The translations under genes were made by a program, and so were the position numbers. 64,000 bases of DNA from positions 96,001 through 160,000 of the IMG/VR virus record IMGVR_UViG_3300037507_003370; one strand, written 5' to 3'. The DNA comes from a virus. Taxonomy: Duplodnaviria; Caudoviricetes. Below, one piece after another: positions 28,425-38,579 of this stretch. The notes below the pieces were generated by a model, which saw only the letters and a list, made by a program, of their open reading frames with translations, had not been told where the DNA came from and searched no databases. How positions within the stretch are numbered: position 1 is the first letter of the stretch; the number at the start of each line of letters is the position of its first letter.

Positions 28425-29467
28425 TCTATGCTTCCTGGAGCTTTGTACTTTCCTACACTATAACCAGGAATCGTGTATTCGTCAACAACTGCATTCATAC
28501 CTTTTAGCTCTATGTCGTGTTTAACTTGCTCACACTTTGTCATAAATTGATTTTTTGCAATAAGCTGTCCATCTCTATACTCTATTGTGGGAAGAACGTG
28601 AGTGTTATCAAAATTACTTTTTCCAAAGTGACATAACTTACTACACATCCATGTTTTATTTAATCTAGGTTTTTTTGTATTTTTAATAACTTCAAATTTT
28701 TCTCTTAGCATACTTTCTGTTTTATAAATATCAGAACTATCAAATGTCATAGAAAAAGGACCGCCATCATTTATAAAAAATATCGTTATAATTATATGTT
28801 TAATTTCTGGATATAGTTTTTGTACAGCATAGAAGTATATCATTAATTGAGGATCTGTTTCTAGCTTAGACTGTGTTTTTTCTTCTCCTGTTGCCCAATT
28901 AAGTCTTTTTCCTGTTTTCCAGTCTATAATTTCTATGGTATCTTCTCCAACTTTTGTGATCAGGTCTATCGTTCCTTTTATAGCCAAATTTCCTTTTAGT
29001 GAATCTCCATTATTTAATTTATATGAATATTCTGCCCACTTTTTATCTATAGATATGTCGAATCTTTGTTCTGGACAAAGTATTTGTCTATTTCTTGGAT
29101 CAAAAAGACCGGAGCCATAATTTATTGCTTTATATACCCAGTCTCTACAATCAGAAAAATCTTTGTTAGACCATTTGTGATGAGAGAATTGTTCGCTGTA
29201 ATACTTGTATACAGATTCGATGATCTTGTCTAAATCATAATTATTTGTTAAAATTTCTCCAACTATTTCATCATTGCATGTTTTTTCGTTATTCTGCATC
29301 GCCTGTTTAATAACAGCTAAAATTTCTAATACTTTATGTACTATAGTGCCCTTATCTGCTTTTTGATTAGACGGACCTCTCCATCCTAAAACATATTCGA
29401 AAAAATATTGTTGCTCACACATACAATGAGTATTATACGACGAGCTGCGAAAATATGTAATTATAAT
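28421..29467 (-). CDS. PD-(D/E)xK nuclease (RecB/Cas4-like); probable ATT start at 29467
   Basis: GTIDLI...IEIIDWKTG; QLMIY; C-terminal CSKLCHF; conserved N-terminal RSSSY...C motif lies upstream of the track ATG at 29422. Confidence 0.8.
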   Translation of the reverse strand: MIITYFRSSSYNTHCMCEQQYFFEYVLGWRGPSNQKADKGTIVHKVLEILAVIKQAMQNNEKTCNDEIVGEILTNNYDLDKIIESVYKYYSEQFSHHKWSNKDFSDCRDWVYKAINYGSGLFDPRNRQILCPEQRFDISIDKKWAEYSYKLNNGDSLKGNLAIKGTIDLITKVGEDTIEIIDWKTGKRLNWATGEEKTQSKLETDPQLMIYFYAVQKLYPEIKHIIITIFFINDGGPFSMTFDSSDIYKTESMLREKFEVIKNTKKPRLNKTWMCSKLCHFGKSNFDNTHVLPTIEYRDGQLIAKNQFMTKCEQVKHDIELKGMNAVVDEYTIPGYSVGKYKAPGSIE

Positions 29468-30063
29468 AGTATTATTCCTTTATTTTTGAGAAATTCTATA
29501 ATTTGATTATTTTGTTCATCTATATTCAGATTCTGATTATCAATAATTAAATCAAAATTATTTTGATCATATTGATCCGGATCTAATGCCATCTCACTAG
29601 CATGAAAAGAATTATAAGGATTTCTCGTCAGCTTAATAACAAAACCTCTAGCTTTTTTAACTGTATCAACTTCATTAGGAAATCTACAATCGGCAATTAT
29701 AGCCATATCTAAATTTTCTTTATTAATACGTCTAACTATAGCGTCAGACCAAACACTTTGTTTCATTCGTCTAAAAATATCTGTGCCAACAATTTGCATA
29801 ACTTCTCTAGCAGACAATTGGCGATTTTCCCAATAACAATCTACTAACTCATTTTTTTTAATATCCGATCCATAGCATTGTTCATAGGTCAAACCAAGTA
29901 TATCAATACATATATTTTGTTTCAATGGATCAGCAAAATTATATATAGCAATACTATTTTCAATAGTATGCTTATTGTATACAGATTGAACAAATTCGGA
30001 ACAAGTAGTTTTACCCGACTGTTTCCTTCCAGCAAATGCTATTATTTTAGTTTTAGTCATCAT
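29461..30063 (-). CDS. Deoxynucleoside monophosphate kinase
   Basis: AFAGRKQSGKTT P-loop, NFADPLK, REVMQIVGTDIFR, IADCRFPNE. Confidence 0.85.
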   Translation of the reverse strand: MMTKTKIIAFAGRKQSGKTTCSEFVQSVYNKHTIENSIAIYNFADPLKQNICIDILGLTYEQCYGSDIKKNELVDCYWENRQLSAREVMQIVGTDIFRRMKQSVWSDAIVRRINKENLDMAIIADCRFPNEVDTVKKARGFVIKLTRNPYNSFHASEMALDPDQYDQNNFDLIIDNQNLNIDEQNNQIIEFLKNKGIILL

Positions 30064-31225
30064 ATATATTAGTTATATTTTTAAGGTTATCTATTATTAT
30101 AGAACAATCAGTGTCAGCTATGTCTGTTGTTACGAAATTAGGAACATGAATATTATAGGTTTTTTTGCATTTTTCAATTATTTTTTTAGTAGCTTCTATA
30201 CCAGCGGCATCATTGTCTAATAAGAGTATTAGTTCCATAGCGCCAGAAGTGTCTAAAATCATTTTTTGTCTATCGCTCATAGAGGAGCCAAATATGGCTA
30301 CGCTATTTCTTATTCCGCATTCTTCAAGCTTCCATACATTTCCAGGACTTTCTACAATGATAGCAACTTTAGTTTCTTTGATATAATGTTTGGCAAACCA
30401 GTAATTGTACAGATGGTTCTGTGCCTGAAACCCTGTATTATGTTTCCATTTTGGATATTTCCATCTATCTTCTACTCTAGGACATTGTTCTTCTGATGAA
30501 TGATAAGAATTACAGCTGTCGCATTTCTCAAAAATACTTCTACCAGAACATCCTGTCATGAATTTATAGTTATCATCATATATTGGTACAACTATTCTAT
30601 TATACATTTCTTTGTCTGATTTGTTACATAATCCAACATCGTATTTATTCAATACGGTATTGTTAAATCCTCTAGATAAAAAATATTCCGCTGGCATAAT
30701 TAGACTTTTTCTAATATTATGTCTAGATATTTTTTGATCATAAATATTTTGTACTGGTTTGATCGAATTTACTAATCCGGCAAATATAGCCTTGTCTCTA
30801 TCTGTTTTAGATATCTTAATAGAATCAAAGTCTTTATCTAAAAATTGCATACCATATTTTAATGCTTCGTCGAAAGAACAAACCTTGTCTCCTTCTTTGA
30901 TCCAATCAAATTTTTTGTTGGATAAAACTCCGCGAATGAAACCTATGATTGATGATTTAAAATATTTTTCACATCCATGAGTTCTGCATTTCCAGTTTCC
31001 TCTGTAAACCTCTCCGTCAGGATACAAATTTAATGCTGACTTATTATCGCCACCATGAATTGGGCAACTCATAGTTATCATCTTACCAGTAGATTTGTAT
31101 TCTAAATCTAAACTATTCAATAAATCATCTATATTATCACATAAATGATCACAGACTAATTTTAGCTTAGCCTGATCATACGAATTCGATTTGGTCTTTT
31201 TCATTTTGGTTAGTGTCTGACTCAT
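30053..31225 (-). CDS. DnaG-type DNA primase (start may be 31204)
   Basis: CPIHGGDN...WKCRTHGC Zn domain; RIVVPI; IVESPGNVW; LLLDNDAAG Toprim. Confidence 0.85.
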   Translation of the reverse strand: MSQTLTKMKKTKSNSYDQAKLKLVCDHLCDNIDDLLNSLDLEYKSTGKMITMSCPIHGGDNKSALNLYPDGEVYRGNWKCRTHGCEKYFKSSIIGFIRGVLSNKKFDWIKEGDKVCSFDEALKYGMQFLDKDFDSIKISKTDRDKAIFAGLVNSIKPVQNIYDQKISRHNIRKSLIMPAEYFLSRGFNNTVLNKYDVGLCNKSDKEMYNRIVVPIYDDNYKFMTGCSGRSIFEKCDSCNSYHSSEEQCPRVEDRWKYPKWKHNTGFQAQNHLYNYWFAKHYIKETKVAIIVESPGNVWKLEECGIRNSVAIFGSSMSDRQKMILDTSGAMELILLLDNDAAGIEATKKIIEKCKKTYNIHVPNFVTTDIADTDCSIIIDNLKNITNIYDD

Positions 31226-32648
31226 CTATTATAAATCCACCAGAGTTATTTTTAGTTCTTGAAGTATTTAATAATTCCAATCTAGTTTTACCTTCTGTAA
31301 TCTTTGCACACCAGCCTTTCATATAGCAATTAATATAGTCATTATCATCCAATCCCCCTCCATGGCGACACACTAATGGCAATAATTTTCTATTACCACT
31401 CTCTGGGCCATCTTCTGCTATTTCCTCATCGCTCTTTCTCTTGAAAATACTGAAATTACTACATAGCCATATAATTCTATCAGAACCGCTAGCAGAATCT
31501 GTAGACTCTTTTGTTATACCGTCTCTGTTTAATTGTATAAATGCAACAATTGGCACCTGATACCTAACCGCAAAGTTGTGAAGGCTCGTCATCATAAATC
31601 CAAGTACTTGGTACTCTTTTAAGTCTTGGCTTATTCCAACGCTATCCATAAGCTTAAGATAATCATAAAATATTACGCAATCTTTTGCTTTTCCTTCCTC
31701 ATTTAATCCAACATCTTTAACTAGCCATCTACGCATTAATGCCAATTGATCTTCAAATGGTTTTCCTGCGATACTTTTATGATATAATTTGGTTTCTTTT
31801 ATCTCATTAACTGCAGAATATATTTTTTGTTTTTTCTCTGGCGATTCTGCAAATTTTCCAGTTTCTATCGAGTTTATTTCTGTTTCTGTAATCATTGCCA
31901 GTATTCTATTAACATGGTCTTCTTTATTCATTTCTGTATCCATATTTAATACAGGGATGCCTAATTTTGCGATATTGTAGCCCATATTGTCAGATAACAG
32001 TGTTTTACCAGTTTTTGGTCTTGCTCCTATGACATTTATGGTTCCCTTTCTTAGACCTCCTCCTATAGCTTGGTCATAAACAGGAAATCCTGTTGGTATA
32101 CCTACATGATCAACCTTATTTTCTTCTAAATTTTTTACATATTCTTCTATTGATTGGCCTATCTTTTCTGGGCCACTATCGGTATCATTTAGTAGACTAG
32201 TAAAATTAAATATACTATCTTCTGCCAATCCTATTATTGAGGATATGGGCTCACTACCAGTTACATCAAGAAGCTTGTCTTGAGTTAATTCTAATTGTTT
32301 TCTTAATAGTCTTGCTATTTCTAGCTTTCTAATTTTAGCAGCCAGTCTGCGAACATTTTCTAGTTCAACAGGAAAGTCTATTATTGCTTTTAAATGCTGT
32401 AGTTCTTCTTTCTTATTGAGAATGTGAGACAGTCCCAACTCTTGTGCGGATGAGAAAACAGATGCTATGTCGATTTTAGTAATTCCATTATCACATAAAA
32501 ATTTTATGCATTTATATATGACTACATTACTATCTATTGTAAATGTTGTTTCTTGAATTATGTCAGCAACGTCCAAATAAGCCTGATCTCCATAGCAACA
32601 TATTCCTGCCAAAACTGCTCTTTCAGCAGCGGGGTCACAAAGAATCAT
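31176..32648 (-). CDS. dnaB: Replicative DNA helicase (DnaB family)
   Basis: AERAVLAG, GIPTGF, GARPKTGKT, IFYDYLKL, IQLNR motifs; no intein. Confidence 0.92.
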   Translation of the reverse strand: MILCDPAAERAVLAGICCYGDQAYLDVADIIQETTFTIDSNVVIYKCIKFLCDNGITKIDIASVFSSAQELGLSHILNKKEELQHLKAIIDFPVELENVRRLAAKIRKLEIARLLRKQLELTQDKLLDVTGSEPISSIIGLAEDSIFNFTSLLNDTDSGPEKIGQSIEEYVKNLEENKVDHVGIPTGFPVYDQAIGGGLRKGTINVIGARPKTGKTLLSDNMGYNIAKLGIPVLNMDTEMNKEDHVNRILAMITETEINSIETGKFAESPEKKQKIYSAVNEIKETKLYHKSIAGKPFEDQLALMRRWLVKDVGLNEEGKAKDCVIFYDYLKLMDSVGISQDLKEYQVLGFMMTSLHNFAVRYQVPIVAFIQLNRDGITKESTDSASGSDRIIWLCSNFSIFKRKSDEEIAEDGPESGNRKLLPLVCRHGGGLDDNDYINCYMKGWCAKITEGKTRLELLNTSRTKNNSGGFIIDESDTNQNEKDQIEFV

Positions 32649-33052
32649 TTCGTTTCCTTTTCTACATTATCTGAGAGTGTTTCACTTGCTGAAGATTGAA
32701 GGTTTCCCTTGAATTTATCAAAAAACTTTTGTATGCATAACTCCGCTTGTTTTCCGTTATTTAGAGGAATATGATAATTTTCTACAACAGCTTGACTTGT
32801 TGATATGATTTCTCCTTTTGTGTTCTTATTTAGCACATTACAAGAAACCATAAATACCAATTCTACTGGAGCATCCAGGAATGCTTGGTTATTAAAAATT
32901 TCATCATATTGATGACTAGCGAACTCAATAGGATCAAATTTAGGAAAATTTGCATCTGCTTCTTCTTCTCCTATAAGTAGTTTTTCTGTTGCTTTTTTAA
33001 GAGCGTCAAGTTCTTCTTTGGTGAATTCTGTTTCTGACATTTTTACCTCCAT
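32645..33052 (-). CDS. Hypothetical protein
   Basis: 135-aa coupled ORF with GGAGG SD. Confidence 0.65.
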   Translation of the reverse strand: MEVKMSETEFTKEELDALKKATEKLLIGEEEADANFPKFDPIEFASHQYDEIFNNQAFLDAPVELVFMVSCNVLNKNTKGEIISTSQAVVENYHIPLNNGKQAELCIQKFFDKFKGNLQSSASETLSDNVEKETK

Positions 33053-33447
33053 TATCCGGCTGCTCTAGAGCACTTGTTACATTTATATCTATCGGGTGTA
33101 TCAAAAAGCAAGTTTGAACTTATTTCTTCAGTTTTTCCACAAACACGACAAGTTGTTTTTACCAAAGAAACTTTTCTATTTCGCTTTGTTGGAGGATATT
33201 TAGTAAGTTTTTTATCAATTTCTACGTCTTCTTTATGCATATTTATTTCTGGCATATCTAGAAAAAGATTTTTTGAACTGTCCGATCCAACATTTTTTTG
33301 ATTAATTTTTTTTCTTTTAGTCTTTATTTTTGAAGGGGCGGGTGGCTCTTCAGGTTCTGTAGGATTATTAGAGTCTAAAAGAGAACTCAACATAGATATA
33401 AGAGTTTTAATTTGCTCTGGATTATTTTTTAAATCATTGATGTCCAT
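33052..33447 (-). CDS. Hypothetical protein with C-terminal Zn-ribbon
   Basis: CRVC...CNKC. Confidence 0.7.
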   Translation of the reverse strand: MDINDLKNNPEQIKTLISMLSSLLDSNNPTEPEEPPAPSKIKTKRKKINQKNVGSDSSKNLFLDMPEINMHKEDVEIDKKLTKYPPTKRNRKVSLVKTTCRVCGKTEEISSNLLFDTPDRYKCNKCSRAAG

Positions 33448-33922
33448 TTTTCACCTTATTCCTTTGAACAGAAAGCAGAATATCTGATAGATTTTTGAGT
33501 GAATTAGCTACGTATGATAATCTATCTGATCTTTGTTTTGCGTATTTCTTTATAGAATTTAATGCCAACGCTTTTTCGTTGTTCTTAATAGCTTGGTATG
33601 ATTTTTCAACATATCCATATCCTTTATAGTTATTGATCTCATCTGCTATAGTTTCTTTTATAACTTCTTCCGCCCAATTATAACGAGCTATTTCTCTATT
33701 TAAATTCCTTTGTACATGAAAAGCAAATTGGCCCAATCTATAAGATATTTGAGCACAGTCTTCTGGACTGAGTTTTTCTATAGCATCTCTATTCATAGAC
33801 AAATATTGATTTATTTCGTCTGTAGAAAAATTATGATTATCTGAATATTTAGGCAGTCCGATATTCTGCTCATATTCATCTAATATTTTATCCCAATGAT
33901 CTACTTGTTCTTTAGTGTTCAT
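33434..33922 (-). CDS. Helical/coiled-coil protein, possibly a UvsY-like recombination mediator
   Basis: 162-aa predicted helical ORF two genes downstream of recA; the function call rests on position only. Confidence 0.45.
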   Translation of the reverse strand: MNTKEQVDHWDKILDEYEQNIGLPKYSDNHNFSTDEINQYLSMNRDAIEKLSPEDCAQISYRLGQFAFHVQRNLNREIARYNWAEEVIKETIADEINNYKGYGYVEKSYQAIKNNEKALALNSIKKYAKQRSDRLSYVANSLKNLSDILLSVQRNKVKNGHQ

Positions 33923-34322
33923 GTTTTATCCTTTTTGACCATTCGTCATCATTCTCATTAAATGGAAGCTCTACATACGTTATACCATTTATTGAGCACC
34001 ATTCTATTTTTTCTTTGTCTCTTTTCTTTTGTTTTATAAAGCCAAATTGATTATTGTGATAATGTCCTATGAATTTGTAGTGTTGTTCTCCGTGAGTCTC
34101 TATACATGTTTTAGTCAAAGGGAGGTAAAAGTCAAGGTACAGGGTTTCAGATTTTCTTAAAGGAATAGGTACTTCTTCTAAAATTTGTAAAGTAGGAAAT
34201 AGAGATGTTATTATGCTTCTTGCTCTAAGGTGTAAACTAGATCTATTAGAAACTTTACCATGAGCCATATTACCAGTTAAATTCCAATTATGAGAATTAT
34301 CATCCAAATCTTTAATTATCAT
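33912..34322 (-). CDS. Small Vsr/DUF559-like endonuclease
   Basis: LYLDFYLP...CIETHGEQHY; KRDKEKIEWC. Confidence 0.65.
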   Translation of the reverse strand: MIIKDLDDNSHNWNLTGNMAHGKVSNRSSLHLRARSIITSLFPTLQILEEVPIPLRKSETLYLDFYLPLTKTCIETHGEQHYKFIGHYHNNQFGFIKQKKRDKEKIEWCSINGITYVELPFNENDDEWSKRIKHEH

Positions 34323-35331
34323 ATTTAATGCCCATGATCTTTTTTACCTCTATACAAAGGTCATCATAAACTTTAGGGTTATCTAATAAAAATTGTCTAA
34401 CTTTTTCACTACCTTGAAATTTTTGTTTTTCTCCCATAAATTCTAATGTATACCAAGCACCTCCCTTGTTTATCAAGCCAACATCGGAAGCTAAAGATAT
34501 AATTTCTGTTTGTTTGTCTATACCTTGACCATAACGAATATAGCTAGTTATAACACCTCCTGGCGGTCCTATTGCGGAACACAGTGTTTGCCATTCTACT
34601 TCTTGACCAATTTGAGTACTATCGGTACTAATAGTCCATGGCTTGAATGTTTTAGCTCTAAGTTTAATATCTGTCTGGTAAGCAATAGCTTGTCCACTCT
34701 TCTCTTTGAATTCTGCACCATAGCCTGTTGGATTTCCCATCAAATGAGTAATCCCTATAACAATATTTTTATTTACAGGTATCACATTTGCTACTTTGCG
34801 ACAAAATTTAGCCAATAATTTTGCACCATCTGCTCTTTGCATTTTATCCATATCGCTTGTGATTTCTGCTTCTGTACATAATGCAGAATAAGAGTCTATT
34901 ATTAATACAGACCCTGGTATTTCATTTATAATCCTTTCAGCAATTTGTAAATATTCTTCTGCGTGTAGAATCTTTCCTTGTTGTGAACCGATTACGTCAA
35001 ACCTATCAAGATCCAAGGAAGGAATACCTTCTAGGTCTCTTTTCTTTAATCGTCCTTCAATGTTAAGATAGTAAACATGTCTTGGTTTTTTAAGTTCTCC
35101 AATATATTTTTCTTGTTGTGCTGTGGCTGCGAAATCTAAAGATGTTGTTGTCTTACCGCATTTTGGCTGCCCGGTAAATACAACAAAGCTTCCTTCTGGT
35201 ATTCCTCCGTGTAGCACAACATCTAGTGATGGACTTACTGGTATGATTACAGATTTTTTATCTACTATCGAATTAGCGGATAGAATTATGTCAGATCCGA
35301 AATTTTTCATTACGTCTTCTTTAAATGTCAT
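34312..35331 (-). CDS. recA: RecA-like recombinase
   Basis: SLDVVLHGGIPEG, GQPKCGKTT, LIIDSYSAL, GQAIAYQTDIK, GGAWY. Confidence 0.92.
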   Translation of the reverse strand: MTFKEDVMKNFGSDIILSANSIVDKKSVIIPVSPSLDVVLHGGIPEGSFVVFTGQPKCGKTTTSLDFAATAQQEKYIGELKKPRHVYYLNIEGRLKKRDLEGIPSLDLDRFDVIGSQQGKILHAEEYLQIAERIINEIPGSVLIIDSYSALCTEAEITSDMDKMQRADGAKLLAKFCRKVANVIPVNKNIVIGITHLMGNPTGYGAEFKEKSGQAIAYQTDIKLRAKTFKPWTISTDSTQIGQEVEWQTLCSAIGPPGGVITSYIRYGQGIDKQTEIISLASDVGLINKGGAWYTLEFMGEKQKFQGSEKVRQFLLDNPKVYDDLCIEVKKIMGIKYDN

Positions 35332-35749
35332 TATCTATATCCTTTAGTCTCGAAAGTATATTACTCTTATTAGTTTTGTTTTCTCTAAATTTTATATTAT
35401 CTTTACGCTCAAATTCAACATTTTTCAATGATTTATTTTTTTCTTCTAATATTTTTTGATGTTTGTCTAATGATGTCTTAAGAAAAGGAGCCCTAAGAGA
35501 ATATATATTTTGACACTCTTTAGAATTTAAAGCCGAAATTATAGCTTGGTCATCGTATTTTTTTACTAGATCATTTGCTGTAGCTATTTGATTTCTATAA
35601 AAACTTGACCATTTTTTGTTAATCCAAAATCTATAGTGCAAATCTTCTTTGTCTTTGATTGCCTTTTTTTCGCATATAATTTCTGTAATATACTGAGCCG
35701 CAGAAACAAACTTATTGTTGGAATACTTGGATGGATATTTTTTATTCAT
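35321..35749 (-). CDS. Hypothetical protein
   Basis: 142-aa coupled ORF. Confidence 0.7.
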   Translation of the reverse strand: MNKKYPSKYSNNKFVSAAQYITEIICEKKAIKDKEDLHYRFWINKKWSSFYRNQIATANDLVKKYDDQAIISALNSKECQNIYSLRAPFLKTSLDKHQKILEEKNKSLKNVEFERKDNIKFRENKTNKSNILSRLKDIDNDI

Positions 35750-36102
35750 TTATTTGGGTTTGGTCTAAATATTGCGTCTTGACTATTTCTCGATGGTCCA
35801 GATACATATCTTTTCTTTAACTCATCATTCATCGCTGACGCCTCTTTAGTCATTATCATAACATTTTTTGTTTGCTTAGAGGACGTTTGATTTATCATAA
35901 GGTTTTTTGAGGTGCTGACAGGTTCTTTTTTTGTATCCAATTTTGATTCTTTTTTATCGTCTACCGATGCCGCGTATTTTTCGAGGGTGGACAAAACCTG
36001 TTTGATAGTAATGTCTAATTCTGTTGATATAGACTCTGGAGACTTGCCTTCATAATTCAACCATCTTATAGCGTATACTTGTGTTTTGTTTAGTCTACTC
36101 AT
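35746..36102 (-). CDS. Putative HTH DNA-binding protein
   Basis: EGKSPESISTELDITIKQVLSTL helix-turn-helix pattern. Confidence 0.55.
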   Translation of the reverse strand: MSRLNKTQVYAIRWLNYEGKSPESISTELDITIKQVLSTLEKYAASVDDKKESKLDTKKEPVSTSKNLMINQTSSKQTKNVMIMTKEASAMNDELKKRYVSGPSRNSQDAIFRPNPNK

Positions 36103-36106
36103 AATA

Positions 36107-36487
36107 TTAGATCTCTCTTTCTGCATTGTTTAACCATGATAAATTTTTTGACTTAATAAATTTTAAATAACATTCAAATGCTTTATTGTTTACTTGTATA
36201 AATTTGTTATTAGTATTAGCATTATCAAAAATTGTTGACTCTTTTCTATTTCCATAGATAGACATAGGATTATATGGCTTATTGTCTCTTGTGATTTTTA
36301 TCATTAATTTATATGTATTATCTGGTCTTAATATTTTTTTAGCTAATACTTTCGAGGAGTCTTTCTTGCTTCTTGGATTATTATTACTATCTATAAAATC
36401 ACTATCATCTATAAAAGTATAATACTCATCTTTTTTTTCTTTTTCATTATCTAATGTATTTCTAGGCTCAAAAATAAAGTCTGTCAT
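36107..36487 (-). CDS. Hypothetical protein, paralog of 36484-36888
   Basis: Shared FID...PR, YNP and VN..F..Y..F(I/L)K....W...AERE motifs; ATGA overlap. Confidence 0.7.
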   Translation of the reverse strand: MTDFIFEPRNTLDNEKEKKDEYYTFIDDSDFIDSNNNPRSKKDSSKVLAKKILRPDNTYKLMIKITRDNKPYNPMSIYGNRKESTIFDNANTNNKFIQVNNKAFECYLKFIKSKNLSWLNNAEREI

Positions 36488-36888
36488 TTCATCTCTCTTT
36501 CTGCTGCTTTTATCCATCTGTTATCTTCTGTTTTAAGAAACATAATGTATTTGTCAAATATATATTGATTCACTTCTTGAAGCATCCATTCTGATTTACA
36601 CTTACTGTTTATAAATTTATTCTGACTGGTGTTATTATCTATCTTAGTAGGATTATATAATGTCTTTTGGGGACTTATCTTAACGAAATATTTATAGTTA
36701 TTGAATGCGATATCTGCTTTCCCAATACTACTATATCTTGATTTCACGGCTTTTGCTACAACGTTTGAGTTGTTACCGTCTGATATTCTTGGAAATCCCT
36801 CATTGTCAATAAACTCTTCTAAGCCTTTAAAGCAATAGAATTTATCATCATCATTATTTATTTTTTTGATATTGTATATGCTATTCAT
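36484..36888 (-). CDS. Hypothetical protein, paralog of 36107-36487
   Basis: Same shared motifs. Confidence 0.7.
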   Translation of the reverse strand: MNSIYNIKKINNDDDKFYCFKGLEEFIDNEGFPRISDGNNSNVVAKAVKSRYSSIGKADIAFNNYKYFVKISPQKTLYNPTKIDNNTSQNKFINSKCKSEWMLQEVNQYIFDKYIMFLKTEDNRWIKAAEREMK

Positions 36889-37265
36889 GTTTTTTTAATT
36901 CGTCGTTTTTTTCTTGCTGGGGCTTCTGTCCATTTAGTTTTAGGCTTTTTCTCTATTCTAGACATACCAGATGGTAAATCTTTATTGAAGTCTTCTTTAT
37001 ATGAATTATGTTTTACATATAAATCTAATTTTTGATCATCTGTTAATTTATCTCTATTTCTATTAGCGAGATCACCAACTGTACCTAATTCACTATCAGA
37101 TTTTTTAATAGATGTTGATTGTGTAGAGACATCTTGTATATATAAACGATATGTTTTTGTACTATTACAATGGGCGCAAGGTGGTGTTGGTTGATAGTCT
37201 TTGATATAAAAAAATAGTTCAAAGGACTTATTACAATCTTCGCAAGAGTATGAATATGTTGGCAT
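36885..37265 (-). CDS. FmdB-family Zn-ribbon protein
   Basis: MPTYSYSCEDC...CAHCNS; TAATG overlap at 37265. Confidence 0.8.
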   Translation of the reverse strand: MPTYSYSCEDCNKSFELFFYIKDYQPTPPCAHCNSTKTYRLYIQDVSTQSTSIKKSDSELGTVGDLANRNRDKLTDDQKLDLYVKHNSYKEDFNKDLPSGMSRIEKKPKTKWTEAPARKKRRIKKT

Positions 37266-37846
37266 TATGTATAAGTTTCTGGGAGATATAAGGTCCATTC
37301 TTTTGGCAATGCATTACTATCTATTTTAGCTATCGAACCAGTAACAGGCAAGTATTTTATACTCTTTTGAGGCATAACTGGCAAAGTTTTTAATGGCATA
37401 TTTGCTTGTTTTGGCGTTCTATTTCCTTTTTTTCTATTGCAACTAAGGCAGGCGGTTACTATATTTGTCCAATTTGTCGGACTTCTTTGAGTATCTTTCC
37501 ATAAAGACCTGGGTATAACATGATCATAAGTCAAGTCATTTATATCTTTGGAGTGATTACAATATTGACAAGTATAGTTATCTCTGATAAAAACATTTTT
37601 TCTAGAAAAATTTACTCTTTGATTATGTATCTTAAAATACTTAGATGTTTTAACAACAGCTGGTATCGGTATTTTTTTATTCACACCCTGTATAAAATCA
37701 TCTTTATAGAAATCTATAATTTCTACGCTAGATGATATATTTTCAGAATCTTTAATAGACCATAATAAAGCTCTTTGCCAAGATATTATTGCTAATGGAG
37801 TATAATCAGCGTTTAATACCAGACACCTACTGCTTTCCTGTCTCAT
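37265..37846 (-). CDS. HNH endonuclease (McrA-like)
   Basis: RCLVLNADYTPL, RDNYTCQYC, TYDHVIPRS, NIVTACLSCNRKKG. Confidence 0.9.
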   Translation of the reverse strand: MRQESSRCLVLNADYTPLAIISWQRALLWSIKDSENISSSVEIIDFYKDDFIQGVNKKIPIPAVVKTSKYFKIHNQRVNFSRKNVFIRDNYTCQYCNHSKDINDLTYDHVIPRSLWKDTQRSPTNWTNIVTACLSCNRKKGNRTPKQANMPLKTLPVMPQKSIKYLPVTGSIAKIDSNALPKEWTLYLPETYT

Positions 37847-38555
37847 TCTCGTATGATTCCAGTCTTGTCAATATATTTCCTATAATTGGGTTCCTTACTA
37901 TATCTGTAAAAGCTAGTCTAGAAACACCTATACCCTCTACTCTATCAAGGGCGGATATCATATGATAGAATCCTCCTTGTAAATGTCTATTCAAATCAGA
38001 TTGACTAGTATCGCCAGTTAAAACCATTTTGCTATTTAGACCTAATCTAGTTATTAACATTTTTAATTGATCATATGAAGCATTCTGGCACTCGTCAGCA
38101 ACAATAAAACAATCGTGAAAATTACGACCTCTCATGAGTCCAAGAGGAACTATTTCTATTCTATTATTGGTTTTTAAGCTATTATATTGAGAGCCAGATA
38201 TAAAATGATTAATTTCATCTAGCAATGGTAGTAAATAAGGGTGTAGTTTTTCTTCCGCTGTTCCAGGTAAATATCCTATTTTTTCTCCAGATTCTACAAC
38301 TGGTCTAGTTACTATTATCTTTTTGCATTTATTATCAAGAAGGTATTCTAGAGCCATACCTATAGCGATATGTGTTTTACCACTCCCTGCTACTCCTTGA
38401 CAAAACGTAATACTGTTTTCGGCAACAGTTCTTATATAATCTTTTTGATTTTCTGTTCTGGGTTTTAATCTATTCCTGTATGTTTCTGGAATATTTAAAG
38501 GCTGAGTGGCATCTATAACTTTTGTTTTTTTCTTACCATTTTTATTATTTCTCAA
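37827..38555 (-). CDS. phoH: PhoH-family ATPase
   Basis: GVAGSGKT, RPVVESGEKIGYLPG, MRGRNF, ADECQNA, GDTSQSD; TTG start. Confidence 0.95.
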   Translation of the reverse strand: MRNNKNGKKKTKVIDATQPLNIPETYRNRLKPRTENQKDYIRTVAENSITFCQGVAGSGKTHIAIGMALEYLLDNKCKKIIVTRPVVESGEKIGYLPGTAEEKLHPYLLPLLDEINHFISGSQYNSLKTNNRIEIVPLGLMRGRNFHDCFIVADECQNASYDQLKMLITRLGLNSKMVLTGDTSQSDLNRHLQGGFYHMISALDRVEGIGVSRLAFTDIVRNPIIGNILTRLESYENETGKQ

Positions 38556-38579
38556 TTTGTACCCTTTACAAAATAGTGG

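Noticed and set aside
28421-29467. CRISPR-Cas (Cas4-like) system
   Set aside because: No repeat-spacer array or other cas genes in the window; stand-alone PD-(D/E)xK nucleases are common in phage replication modules
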